Position numbers and translations under genes: made by a program
DNA from: Octopus sinensis
Lineage: Eukaryota
Reading direction: 5' to 3'
Assembly (NCBI RefSeq): GCF_006345805.1
Contig: NC_042999.1
Location: 47,988,001 to 48,052,000 of the forward strand
Length of the DNA stretch: 64,000 bases
Shown here: in pieces, positions 39,687-53,871 of the stretch
Layout of the letters: each line of letters opens with the position of its first letter
Numbering within the stretch: the first letter of the stretch is position 1
The notes under the pieces: generated by a model
Seen by the model: only the letters and a program-made list of their open reading frames with translations
Told to the model about the DNA's origin: nothing
Databases searched by the model: none

Positions 39687-40539
39687 GTGAGCGTAAATTT
39701 TTCTGAAACATCCGATGCAGTAGTAGGTACACTATATGTACAAACAATGAAAGGATGGTAATAAGTAGATTCTCATGATCATTTCGCTCTATCGTGTTTC
39801 ATATTCAGATTCAAATGGTCAAGCTAACAGCTAGCATTATGAAGCTATTGACAATACAGCAGCCTTTATAATAACATTTATTAGTCATAGAAAATTGAAG
39901 ATAAAGTAACTCCAATTTCTAAAGTAGCGGCAAAATGTTCTTTGTTGTGTGTTTCGTTTATTTTAGCTTTCAGTCGTGGCTCACAAAATATTTAATTTAT
40001 ATAAGGTTGTGGATCATTATGTTAGAATTTATACCATCCCTCAAATGTTGCTTATAGTACTGCTCGGTTTGTATATGAGCCATTCTTTCATTGAATTTTT
40101 CCTTCATGTTTAACACGTATATCCCATGAGGTATAACATGCATATCCTCAAGTATTTCCTATTTCTTTATACCTCATTCATAGTTGGACGTATGATATCG
40201 CTATTGTCAAAGTAATACCGTAAAAAGTTATATAACGTATGGAAAGTTTTGTGAGCCAGCTAGCCAGATATGAAAAGGAACACGCTTTAGTTTTTCTATG
40301 TACAATCCCAAACATTTTGTGTATCAGATTATATTTTTCATTTACTTTACGGGTTTAATGAAAGAAAAAAGACAACTAAGATATAAATAAACAGAATTAC
40401 AAAATTCTACTAACTGGATGTACAGAATAATTGATAATATAGACACCAGCAGCTGAATGGAAAATGTTTACTACCCACACACACTTACATGGCAAGGACA
40501 TACTTTTCAAAAGTTACTGTGATTCCGAACTACCATTCA

Positions 40540-42800
40540 ACAAAATTAATTGCATATCCGTTGTCGATCTGCATAGATCTCCTCAAGCTCTTCAACATTT
40601 CTTTGAAGAGTGTCTCAACAAAGTACTTGCCGACATATAAAATTGAACCTCAACATCTATGAAAACAACAACAAAATAAATTTTTAATTTAATGGGATAA
40701 TTTTTCCTATCCCAACTTGTACTTGAGCCGTGAAGACAAGATAAAATTATTTTGGACCTGATGTTAACAAACCACTCTAGCCCCATGCATAACAATTCAT
40801 TTGAAGAAACTCTTCTCTCTGATCAGAGCATATTAATTCCCGGTATGCCAAAGCGAAATTAGTCACTCTTGCCCCAGAGCACGAGTTCAAGTACATAAAA
40901 CTTCACAAGGCAGACGAGGGGGCGATTTGAAAAGACCTAAACCTTACCGATATGTATTCACAAAAGCAAAAAAACAACTCTGATACGGAAGCAAGATATC
41001 AGCGTTTAATGAACACTGTTACTTACAAATGCGCAAAACAAGCTCTCATGATAAGCACTAGTAGAAATACACTCTCACCCCACCAAGAGAGAAACAAAAT
41101 GCTCAATAGGAGAATCAAAAGGATTGATATAGAATTCAGCCAGTTAAAACCACCACCATCATTCAAAATCAACAGCAATATGAAAACTTCAGTTGGAAAA
41201 TATAATCTGCAGATCCGCAAGAAAATACACATCAACAATCTGAGGACTGTAGAGGAAAACCTGGATCGAAAAATCAAAAGTATCAAATAGAGGCAAAAAT
41301 TGTTTTATTCATATGCCAACAAGCATAACAACACTGCATCACCCGATGGTCTAGACTAATGACAGCAGCATTAATCCCCATGAGGCTACAAAAATGGCCG
41401 AGATCCAACAGAAATAATATTGCTCTGCCTTTAGTAATTCCACTGATATTCATGAAAGAAATGCAGCGAGTTCAATCCCCAACATATCACTAACAAGTTT
41501 CACTACTTCAGACATCACAGCAGCAATGAATGAAATCAAGCATTATTTTAAAGGAGGCCCTTATAGAATGTAGAGACAAGCTTGCATCCACCATAAACAT
41601 CGTCCAGATACATCCTTTAGAAGCAGGCCATATTTACCAGTCTACAATATTAGTCTTCAATAAAAAAAAAAACAAGTCTCTTGCAGTGACCTATCACCTA
41701 ACCTCGCACACGTCTTACATCATCAAAGTGTTTCATAACAAATTGTGAGATCAACTATAACTGGTTTCCTGCAGATTAACAAGTTACATCCGGCATAGCC
41801 CTCGCTGCGACAGAGACTACCTGACTCTCTCCTCAACTATTTCTACTTCTGGCCATTCCCCTCTCACACACTTCTCAGTTACAGGTAGTTAGAGTTCATA
41901 AATTTACGTAACAATTCCAAATTATATTTGCTTGATGTTAAAGTATTAGTTTGAGCTCTAATTTTATATACCTTGCCTTGGCAAAAGCCTACGACAGAGT
42001 CGACCACAGTATCCGCTCGTTAAAATTGTTCTATTCTAGATCCGTAGTAAACACCTTCTTTGGCTTAGGTACTTCCTGGTGAACAAAACAGAACATGAAA
42101 TCGCTGTAATTCACTCAGGTCCAGAGAAATTCAGCAATGGTGTTCTTCAGGGAACTGTTTTGAATCCGCGCCTCTCTACTGCTTAGGTAAATGACATCTG
42201 AAGCTTAACAAAGCATAGTAAAGTAAAAGTGTTTTCAGATCACTCTAAATCCCCAAAAGTTATCACAGCAGAAGACAGAACACAGATCTCATCTAGATGT
42301 TGTAAGCCAAGGAGTTAACAAATACAACATGCGGTTAAATGTGGAAAATCTGACCTCATGCATTTTGAAAAAAATGAATGCACTCCAACATTTATAATAT
42401 CTTCCTTCAGGGGAACTACTTACAGTATCGAATATTATCAGGCTAGAACTAATTCTGAGCAACCGTCTAGGCTAGAACACTCACATCAACAATAAAATCG
42501 ATATATTTCGCAACATGAGCTGCTGGAATCTCAGAACTTACCGGACCTGAGAGCTAGATGGCATCATTCTCATTTCCTCCTCCTTTTTATTACACCTAGA
42601 ACACCGCATCACACTGTTGTTTCTCCGCCTCAAACAAAAAAATTAGATAAATGGGTCAACCTACTAAAAAAGTAAAAGGCATGGGGGATCTTGATTATTG
42701 GGACCATTAGAAAACATTGGGACTTGATTCTCTCCGATAGCGCCGTGAAGCTACATAATTTGAACAAGGTGAAGAGTGCACATCTAGTATTACACAAATG
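40540..42800 (+). mobile_element. degraded CR1/L2-like LINE ORF2 (APE endonuclease plus RT)
   Basis: Fragments: VDLHRSP, GDNFSYP-like, DKIILDLMLTN, LLSDQ (endonuclease); ECRDKLASTI, HTSYIIKVF, LAKAYDRVDHSI, GVLQGTVLNP, VKVFSDHSK, NKYNMRLNV (RT). Many stops and frameshifts. Confidence 0.85.
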
Positions 42801-42931
42801 ACAACAAATAAGCCGATTGTCATACCTCCGCAAAATATTTCAGGTGCGTAACACATAAATACACTGTAACATTATTTCAATATCTAAATTTATCTAAAAT
42901 ATATGTATGTATGTATGTGTCTATCTATCTA

Positions 42932-42997
<66 letters not shown>

Positions 42998-42999
42998 CA

Positions 43000-43125
<126 letters not shown>

Positions 43126-45284
43126 AATCTACGCCTGTGCGCCTTCGTGTGCGTGTATTCCTGTGGGTTTTTTGCCCCACTATAAGCGTGTACGTATGTA
43201 ATGGGTTGTTCTACCAAATATTTTATTATTCCTGGAAGAAATATATATTACACATAAGCAGACATACCTACAAAAGCACACACACACACATACACATATG
43301 AGTCTTAACATCGATGTTTCTACAATGTTGATTCTCAAATTCCTGTCCTGAGTTATGTAAAAGCCTCTTAATACCATGCAATTCTTAATTTCACTCATTC
43401 GAAGAAAAGCAATATAATAGCCCTATAGAGGAATAGAGCGAAACATCATCTCTAGAGACAGTCTTCTTTCTTGGAAATAAATGTATATTTGTAACACAGG
43501 AATCTCTGCCTACAGCGTTAAAGTGAATCTTCATTTCGAAAACAAGATACAAAGAATAAAATATTGTTGAGTCTTTCTCTTCGTATATTCCCTTACATAA
43601 AATCTTCGGCGTATTCAACTTTCATTATGTTAGAGAAAAAATATGTTTGACATATTTTCTCTCGAGTTTTGTTGCATTCTCGAAATATAAAATTACTGAA
43701 GAACGTAAGCGTGGAATTTCGGCGCGAAGACGTACAAAATGACAATAAAGAGTAATGAAAGTTCAAAGACAGAAAATACTACTTGTGTTTAATCGATCGT
43801 AAATACACGTTCGTAGTAACATGATAAGAAGCTTTTATTGGGGAATGGTGAATATTGCAGTTTGTAAATGTTCGAGAGTTTTATTCCCATCGTGCTTTCG
43901 CATTCGCTGCACATGTGTCAATATGAGAAAAGTGTAGTTAGTAACTACCAACCACGTACTCTTGGGTTCATTCCCTCTAGGCTGCACAATACGTAGATCA
44001 CTTGTAGCTTAGCCTCGAGGTTGCTAGATGGACAGTATACACAAGCCGGTCGTACAATCATACACGCGAAAACACACACAGTATTGTAAGTTATGTGCGC
44101 AAATACATAAACAAGACTATGCTGTTGTCGTTGTTGTTGTGTTTGTGTGGCAATGGCGGGGTTCAACTTTCCGATCAAATCAAGGAAATTATGTCTCACA
44201 TGGACTAAGTTTGTTCAAGTTGTCTGTAAGCTACAATAACAGACACAAAGTTGATACAGGTTTTCGGTAATGATGCGTGAAATGAACTCACATTTACAGA
44301 TTATCCTTGTTTTTAGCTCTCTCTCCCACCTTTCTCTCTCTGCTTATATACATATAAACACACACACATACATACACACTAATATGACGGGCTTCTCTCG
44401 CATATGCACTCTGAAGGCTGTGGTTCGCAGCATGTGTTATTCAGAAGACTGCTTCTTCACGTCCGTAGGCGAGACTCCCAGTTAAGAGGTATTTCATACG
44501 TATTTCTAATGTGCTCTCATTGATAAGACACTCACTCATCAGTAAATACTGCTGTGTTTCAAAATTGCGTTATAATAATAATAGCAACGATTTTCCACTC
44601 GTATATACATTATAAATATATTCTTACACATACACAGTGAATAACATAAATCGATATATCATAATCACTTCTATTCACAATAAAAATCTTATTTACACAC
44701 ATTAATATTATTTCACATATATACAAACGTGGTTAAGCAATCCATCGCTGGAAGGATTTCTGGTTGTATGTGAGATTGTGTGTATACACTACGTTATGTA
44801 TTTATGCAGTTCCGATATGTGTGTGTGAGCATCAAGACATTTTTCTACCATTAAATATGTTGGCAAATCCGCTTCACTGTGTGGATTGCGATGTTTTTCT
44901 TGTGTATGTTTAAGAACAAATTGCTTTATAAAATCTATTTGGAATCAAATCTATTTAGTTCTATTTTATTAAGAATATATTACATTTTTAAAATGTAATG
45001 AATAAAGATTTAGCGGTATTACATTTAGGTAATCTCAGCAGAAATATATTACAAAACTAGAATCCATGTCGGACAAACATTCGGGCAATGCAATCCTACT
45101 TATAATCTATACATCTTTTGGGAATTATCAGATGAATATAATTCTACATACTATACTTCAGAATAGAAAAGTATATGCTAATACCAATTAATATATAAAT
45201 TACATGTACGCACACACTGAAACAAACATATATGGTGTGTATCTGTGCAACCATATATATTATACATGTATGTATGTATTTATA

Positions 45285-45481
45285 CAGATGAGCTGCAAGA
45301 TGCAGGAGGAAAGAGTGAGAGAAAATTGTGGCGAAAGGGTCAGCAAAAGTTCGCCATTACCTTCTGTCGGAGCCGCGTGGAGCTTAGGTGTTTCGCTCAT
45401 AAACACACACATCGTCCGGTCTGAGATTCGAACCCGCGATCCCTCGACCGCGAGTCCGCTTTTCTAACCACGTGCCTCCAC
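45285..45481 (-). mobile_element. tRNA-head SINE (family C), truncated, diverged
   Basis: Minus strand gtggaggcacgtggttagaaaagcggactcgcggtcgagggatcgcgggttcgaatctcagaccgg...ctaagctccacgcggctccg. Confidence 0.75.
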
Positions 45482-46083
45482 ACGTAAACATAGGCATGAA
45501 CATAAAAGAAACACATGCAGAGATTCAAGCCCACACAAATATACACACATACATGCACACACAGACACACATATATAAATACGCACACACAGACACACAA
45601 TTGATACTGACAACCAAAATACTCCTCCACTTACTGGAGAATCCTACACGTATAATCATCTTTTTTTAAATCTCTGAACATGTTAAAACACTATTCAGTT
45701 CAGCATTTAATTTAACATCATTTTATGGCCACTATGTTGATCGAGGATCTGTCGGACATTTTTTGCAGATATTATACATTTTATTTTTCCTCTTAAGTGT
45801 CATGTTTTTCAGCTATATTTATTCCAGTTTCCTCTCCTTTTCCTACGTTACATTAATGTTTCGAAATAAGGTAATACACAATGCGTCATTTCTCTGAAAC
45901 TCAAGCTAAAAATTTAGACCGTTAAATAATCTCGGTTTCTAGTTGTATTTGTTTAGCCTTTCTTTTTGTCTTTCATCCTTTATAATCACAGTGAATATAA
46001 CATACGATAGTATAATGTTACATTATACAATACGATATAAGATACATATATATATGTATATATATACATATATATACATATAT

Positions 46084-46146
<63 letters not shown>

Positions 46147-46187
46147 CATACATATGTATATATATATATATACATACATATATATAT

Positions 46188-46221
<34 letters not shown>

Positions 46222-46255
46222 CATATATAATATATATATATATATATATACATAC

Positions 46256-46319
<64 letters not shown>

Positions 46320-46853
46320 TATATATATATGTGTGTGTGTGTATGTGTGTACGTGAGTGTATGTGTGTGTAATTGTGTATGTATGGATAATGTGTATTTG
46401 AACGCGTTGTGTATTTATAATAGGCATTGTCTAATAGAATACTTTTCAGAAAATAACGATGACGAATACAAAAAAGGGCTTAACTAAATCGAAAGGATTT
46501 CAGAAATACCTGGGTTTTATAAATAATCTTTGAACAATACAGATGCATTGTGCATTTCTAAGTATTATGATGCAAAATTATTCTTCTCAGCAAAGCTTTT
46601 AAACTGGATTCATATCTATTTAAAATATTATTTTCCTATCATATAATGCAACAAGGGATATACGCTGGAACCGTTTACGTAAATCGTGAAAGCTGCATTT
46701 ATATCCATGTATACTTTATTTTGTTTTTGATGTATAAATTATACTTACAAGGATACAGATAAAATGTGAAATGGCACACTCGCACATAGAGACATACATT
46801 TAAATACATGCATACATACATACTACAGACATGCATACATAAATACACACATA

Positions 46854-47072
46854 GGCGGCGAGCTGGCAGAAAAGTTAGCACGCCGGATGAAATGTTTAGC
46901 GGTATTTTGTCTGTCTTTACGTTCTGAGTTCAAATTCCGCCTAGGTCGACTTTGCCTTTCATCTTTTCGGGGTCGATAAATTAAGCACCAGTTACGCACT
47001 GGGGTCGATGTAATCGACTTAATCCCTTTGTCTGTCTTCTGTACTTAGCCCTTTGTGGGCAATAAAGAAATA
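46854..47072 (+). mobile_element. family B (Meta-like) SINE, full length
   Basis: ggcggcgagctggcagaa...gtgggcaataaagaaataa followed by (CATA)n. Confidence 0.88.
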
Positions 47073-48097
47073 ACATACATACATACATACATACATACAT
47101 AATACATACATACATACATACATACATGTATGTATGTATGTATGCATGCATCATAAGTAAATAGGCTTCCTACATCTTACTGTTTCATCTGAGCAGAGTC
47201 AAGTTCGTGCTTCGGACATGTTGATGCCTGTATTCAAAAGGCACCTGGGCTTCACACATTATTAAATATTTAATTAATTATCCCAATGAATGAAATGACA
47301 TTATTTTGCTTCTAGAATTAATTCAGCTCCAGAAGTAGAATCTATTTATGTCTGCAGAAGTATAATTTTTAACAAAGGGAAGGCCATCAATCAATGTAGA
47401 TTGGCAACCGCCATGAGAGGAGCAATGCCTAGCAGAAAAAAGCGGAAGGAGGCACTTAGGATGTCCTTAAGTTATCTTGTAATATACATACGTTTTGCTA
47501 TATTAAGACAGGTAAACACACATATATGTGTATAGGCTCATATATACACCATACAAATATACATGTTGGTGTAAATACATGTATGTCTACCTATGCATCT
47601 GCCTATATGACAAGAACATTTTTTTTCAGAATTAGATTCCAAAGGGCAAAGATATAGTAGAAACATGAATACTATCTGTCACTTGTGTTTTAAATACAGT
47701 CAATCAGCAGCGTGTCTTAGAAATCACCTGAGGGCTCATTAAATAGAGAGATCGCGCTGTGAGATGGGGTGTCATATGTATGTTGATGGGACGGCTATTA
47801 TTTCTCAAGATGAAGCAATCATCATATATACTTTTCTCGCTTCATTCCGTGTTCTTTCTTGCGTCTGTGGTTTTATTTTTAATCTTCCGTGTAAATGAAG
47901 ATGTTCCCGTCGTTTTACTGTTTTTCTTCCTACGGAATGAGAAGATGCATTGCGGGACTGACTGTTATTTTAACGAGCTGCATCTTTTTATCCCTTGATG
48001 AGATACATCTACACCTCTGGATGCTCCTCTAATAGTTCGTAAGTGCCCCACCCTTATGGAAAAAAGAGTACTCAAATACCAGTGGTAGAGTAATATG

Positions 48098-48170
<73 letters not shown>

Positions 48171-49802
48171 CGCAAATAAAAAACTGCGTACGCTCCCAAG
48201 TACGCACACACATGCAAACGCAGATGACACACCCGCACGATTATATATATAGAGAAAGGAATGTAATTAAAATGTTGATCCATTATGAATCATTATTAGC
48301 ATAATAAGTACATCTGTCGAATCTGCTATATGGCGTATATATGATATATATAAAACGAATAAGCAATTTAAACAACAGTGATCAAAATCGAGACTTCAGT
48401 TATATGCTTGCTTGTTTGTGTGTGCGTGTGCATATATACACACACACACTTACACACACACATATACACGTATATACATAGATATTGGTTTATAAATAAT
48501 CCTTGAGTAACAGAAACTACGCAATCGTCTTGATTCCCTGACAGTTATTTTATCATAAACACTCCGATTATCGTTTTTGCAGCAACTTACACAGACATTC
48601 CTGTGGACATGTATATATGTAGGAACGTAGGTTTGAAAGCTTTGGACAGTAACATTACAGTATAGTAGAGAATTTACGAGAAGCTCTAGAATTAAATTTC
48701 TTTTTCACAAATGAATTTTTTTTTCTTCTCTAGCTCTGGGATTCAATTCCGTTACAAATTACTTCGTAATAGTTACACATACATCAAAATATATTTAGGA
48801 AATTATTAGACTTACTTCAATCATGGGTAAGTTCCATTCAAATATTTCTTGATTATGGCTCGAAAATAGTGAACAATGGAAAAATGTTCATCCTTCCTTG
48901 TTTATAGCCTGTAATAATAAAATAAAATCGATCAATTTACAACTATCGTATGAAATAGTTATTGCACGAATATAAAGTTTAACATCGTATTGACAGTATA
49001 CCTAATATCACGGATACACACATACACACATACAAGCATGCACATATATGTCTATATCGATGTATGGGCAAATATCCTTCATTTAATTTTTTATGCCTAT
49101 TAAATATTCATTAGTTTTCCTAAAATATACATCAAACTACGATAAATCAACATGTATATAAGTGTATAAATACATACAAATATTCTCGGATATTCACATT
49201 TATCTAAAAATATGTCTATACACATATGTGTGAGAGTGTATGTGTATATGCATGTATATAGCAAATGATAGAGGCTGAAATTTTACATACGAGAAACTTT
49301 ATTGCTCACCACGATTATTTCGACCAATCCTGCATCGATAACTCGCAGTTTGAGTTCTATAAAACTGTTTGTGCTGCATACCACGATGCCAAAGCATCAG
49401 CATGGGTCGTAGCGAGCGTTGTGATAAATGAAATTTGTCGTATATTACATTTTTGTCTCTATCATTCATTATATTCTCAACGAACACTGAGGAATTGCTG
49501 GGGTAGATCCAGAGATAATTGTGTAAATACCGTGCTTGATGTCAAGTACCCATAGGTAGTGAACATATTTCATCGGCTAACTACTAGGTACATACTTAAA
49601 TGATTAATTATATATGTCTAGTCTATCTACTGGTTCGATAGCACACACTGTCAATCCATGACTACAAATAATATTCCTTAATTTTTACAGGAGAGTGCAT
49701 TTTGTGCATACAGCGTAACTACAGAAAAAGTGCAAAACACCAGATTCTCCGAAATTAATCACATTTGCAACTTGCTGCCTATCAAAGACGATGAATAAAA
49801 TA

Positions 49803-50237
49803 CTAGCTGACCCCATGCATTAAAAACTGACAGATAATGGTAGTATTTCCTATATAAGATACAAAATAATGCGCATAATAATCACAGTTATAAACATTCA
49901 CATAATTCCCTTGTAGACGCACACACACACACTGACACAGAGTTGAAACGCAGCTTGATTTTTCTTTTCAACGTAGAATGTTCACCATCCCACTTCAATT
50001 TCACACGCACACACACACACACACATACACAAACACACATTCACATGGCTCCCTTTTATACACGCACACATATACTCACGCAGAGTTGAAACACTGTTGA
50101 ATTTTTGTTCATCATAGAAGTTACATAATCACACTGTCAAGTTTTCCGTCACCCCTTTTTATTCACCCATCACATCTCTCTTTCTCATTCATATTTTGTG
50201 ACGGAGGAATAGACAAGGGTATTATTATAGTAGAAGA
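49803..50237 (-). mobile_element. non-autonomous Helitron-like element
   Basis: The minus strand starts A|TCttctactataataatac and ends gggtcagCTAG|T. It is homologous at both ends and internally (cagcgtttcaactctgtg repeats) to 62272-62812. Confidence 0.75.
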
Positions 50238-50629
50238 TATAGATGCTAAATAAAATTAATTAACATGTCATGTTCATATACATTCACATACTTCCCTCGT
50301 ATACACGCACCCGCACACATACATATACTCTCACGGAGCTGAAATGCTGTTTGGGTTTTCTTTACAGCGTTGAACGTTCACCATCCTACTTCTAATGCAC
50401 ACACATACACATACAGGTATTTACATACTCACACATACACAGTCGAAACGCAGATTTGTTTCCTCCACCCTTCTTTGCCTCTTCCTCTTCCTGGTTGCTA
50501 TCAATTTCTCTCCTCTCCCTTCACTTATACTACTCTTTCTCCAACTCCCTCCTGCGTTATTTTGGACACACACATACACACACGCGCGCGCACACGCACA
50601 CACACGCATATATATATATATATATATAC

Positions 50630-50787
50630 TTTATTTAAAAGCAGCAGAAACATAACAAAACCTGTTACACAGAGTTTCAAGTTCCCGTTCGTCGGACAGT
50701 TCTTTTTCTTAACCAAAACTGTCAAACGGACGGCAACGCGAAACTCTAAGCAACAGCTTAGTTATATTTCTGCTTCTTTTAAATAAA
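50630..50787. repeat. imperfect foldback (MITE-like), about 70-bp arms
   Basis: Left arm tttatttaaaagcagcagaaacataac...gacagtt versus reverse complement of the right arm tttatttaaaagaagcagaaatataac...gacagtt; loop about 15 nt. Confidence 0.8.
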
Positions 50788-50866
50788 CCATATTACTCTG
50801 CCTCTGGTATTTGAATAGTCTTTTTTCCTCCTTTATGTGCTTACACCGGTATACATACATACTTAC

Positions 50867-50916
<50 letters not shown>

Positions 50917-50944
50917 ATATATATGCAAATATATATATATATTT

Positions 50945-51172
50945 GGATTTCCTGGAAAGTTCCGGGGATTTCCAAAACTTCCTGGCAAATCGGTCGGAAA
51001 CATCATGGAAAGTTCCGGGGGTTCCCCCAAAGTTCCTGGATAAGCCGTCGGAAACTTCATGGAAAGATCCGAGGATTCCCCAACTTCCCGGAAAATTGAT
51101 AGGAAACTTCGTGGAAAGTTTCGAGGGTTTATGGATAGTTTCGGGGATTCCGCAACTTCCCGGAAAATCGGA
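50945..51172. repeat. about 53-bp minisatellite, roughly 4 diverged units
   Basis: ggaaag(t/a)t(c/t)c recurs at 50954, 51007, 51061 and 51113 (spacings 53, 54, 52). Confidence 0.85.
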
Positions 51173-51337
51173 TTTTATTGAATAATTTTATTCTTTACTA
51201 GGTATTTTTTAATGTAACTTTGGCACATGTATCTGTTAAAATGAGATGTCAGTGTTATTTTTCTTTATGCCGAATTGTGACGACAATATATACAGTGCAC
51301 CCCGTATGTGTCAATATACATATATACATATATACAC

Positions 51338-51396
<59 letters not shown>

Positions 51397-51789
51397 TACA
51401 TATGTGTTTGTGTATGTGTTCATCCATGTAGGACATTTTATATCATTATATATTAATATTCAATTATTATGATAATAACGTTGTAAATCTCACCTGAAAA
51501 CATTGGCTATACATTAGACGGTGTGCTAGCGACATGGACCCCTGCCAGATATTAACACGATAATATCATTAATTAAATTTTATTCACTTTCTGATGTATG
51601 AGCAGGCTACTTAATCTATGAGAATTTTGATACCCAGCATCGTCCAATGAAGTACAGCAAAACATACTTGATATCGCTAGAAAACAACTGCTGCCTACCA
51701 ACATGCCTCAGCCACAGAGGCACGATAACTGTAGTTTTGTGGTAACATTCGTATATTCAGAATGTGTAACATTCACGTTATCTCCTTAG

Positions 51790-51903
51790 AAAGTACGGGG
51801 AAGCTGACAGAACACACGGCATCTTTGAGTAATGGAAACAACGGCGTACAGCATTCGTCATGCATTGACTCTGGATCCTCTCTTCATACATGCAATCAAT
51901 ATG
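51790..51903 (+). CDS. candidate internal exon (ESTGKLTEHTASLSNGNNGVQHSSCIDSGSSLHTCNQYG), phase 1-1
   Basis: Acceptor ttatctccttag|, donor ATG|GTATAC, 114 nt open, locally raised GC; product unrecognised. Confidence 0.25.
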
Positions 51904-52107
51904 GTATACATGAACGACCTACTTCATTTAAGAATACGCGCACTCACGCGTTTATTTATACTTATGTACATATATACATATATACAAATATGTAAACATA
52001 CGAACACACACACACGCATATATAGTTATATATATATATGTAAACATACGAATACACACACACGCATATGTATATATATATGTATATATATACATATATA
52101 TATATAA

Positions 52108-52156
<49 letters not shown>

Positions 52157-53456
52157 GGAAATCAAGTCAGAAATATTAGCTTCACTGTATAAAATGTTTT
52201 GTTCACACCCACGTTCAAGCTTACGTAAGACAACTTTGTCCATATCGGAACACTAACATTACTTATGGTAATGTGCGTTAGGGATCTACCTACACAGTTG
52301 ATAAGGTTTGGAAATTGAATCCTCCCCACATGAATAATGTACTAACAATGTAGAGTTTTCTTTCATCACACCGTATAAATATCATGCTTTTCATCGATGC
52401 TAGTTGCTCAAAATATTTGCTAAAACATGGTCTTGTTTGTAAATTAAAACACAAACAACATATATTTAAGGAACAAGAATCATTATAGAAATCCCCTTTC
52501 GTGGCAGTTGTGTATGTATTTTAGGAATTTGAATAAAATTAAAATTATATCTCACAGTTGGCTTCGCTTTAAAGTTATCGAACTCAGAGTTAGTGTTTTG
52601 AAACTGGAAACTGGGTGATAGAAGTAGCAATATATATATATATATATATATAAACAGAAAGAACTGTCATATTGACATGTCTATTCGGTCAAATCCGGTG
52701 TAATATAGTGAATATAATAGACATTGTCTGTGAGAGTGTGTCTGAAATGTTTCTTCCAAAGTGTAAATGTTACAATACTGTTGTTATGCAGCAAGCTTGC
52801 AAGCATGCGAGGTCAGAGAATCTTCCCCAAAAGACGTTAATTCGTAGGCATATAATTCAATTATAATCACAGCGTTATGAATTGTAATCAATCTAATTGC
52901 GCAATTATGTCGAATTGATACGGATTTAGCCTTTTCTCTCTGATAATTAACGAAGGTCTTTTATATATATGCTATTTTCAACCTCTGCTTAACGAAAAAC
53001 CTTAAGAAAAGTATTTCTTTTATCCTATATTCACACGAAAACTTGGCCGATATTTTTGGCAGCTAATTATAATAAAATTCAAATTATTTCTGTCCAAGTT
53101 TAATTATTACCTGTCTCCAATTTCGACAATAAGTCTTTTTAAACGAAAGCTCTAAAATATAATACGCTATGTGATGAACTTGCCCTTATGTATTATTCAA
53201 AATATGTGATTACTCCAAGTCAATTATGTGAAACAGAATCACATAAATGTACAATAATTTAAATGCAATCTTAGGATGATAAACTGTCAATGGCCGACTA
53301 TGCTATATTCAGTTTTATTTTTCCGAAACAATACTTGGATCATATTCTATTTTCCTTCAAACTGTGACACTTTAAATTATATATTACTTTACTATACAAA
53401 GTGTCTGAATATACTGAAACTGAGGAAAGAGTAGAAATATTAACAAATTCTCAGCA

Positions 53457-53871
53457 GTAGGCGCAGGAGTGTCTGTGTGGTAAATAGCTTGTTTACCAGC
53501 CACATGGTTCCGGGGTCAGTCCCACTGCGTTTCACCTTGGACAAGTGTCTTCTACTATAGCATCGAGCCGACCAAAGCCTTGTGAGTGGATTTGGTAGAC
53601 GGAAGCTGAAAGAAGCCCGTCGTATATATGTATATATATGTATGTGCGTGTATGTTTGTGTGTCTGTGTTTGTCCCTCTAGCATTACTTGGCAACCGATG
53701 CTGGTCTGTTTATGTACCCGTCACTTAGCGGTTCGGCAAAAGAGACCGATAGAATAAGTACTGGGCTTACAAAGAATAAGTCCCTGAGTCGAGTTGCTCG
53801 ATTAAAGGCAGTGCACCAGCATGGCCGCAGTCAAAATGGCTGAAACAAGTAAAAAGACAAAAAGAAAAGAG
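53457..53871 (+). mobile_element. CORE-like SINE (family A), full length
   Basis: Collinear with 26575-26997; tail gcatggccgcagtcaaaatggctgaaacaagtaaaaag. Confidence 0.88.

Noticed and set aside
40184-40211. WTYDIAIVK resembling the trypsin DIAL motif, between splice-like sites
   Set aside because: Only 28 nt, another frame is also open, and no His or Ser catalytic motif exon was found in the window.
49265-49555. 96-aa protein-like ORF (and a minus-strand LKLRVIDAGLVEIIV micro-exon candidate)
   Set aside because: No family recognised and the two strands give conflicting candidates; it cannot be supported without expression or homology data.
50945-51172. CRISPR-like appearance of a regularly spaced repeat
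   Set aside because: The units are diverged tandem copies with no unique spacers, there are no cas genes, and the context is eukaryotic.
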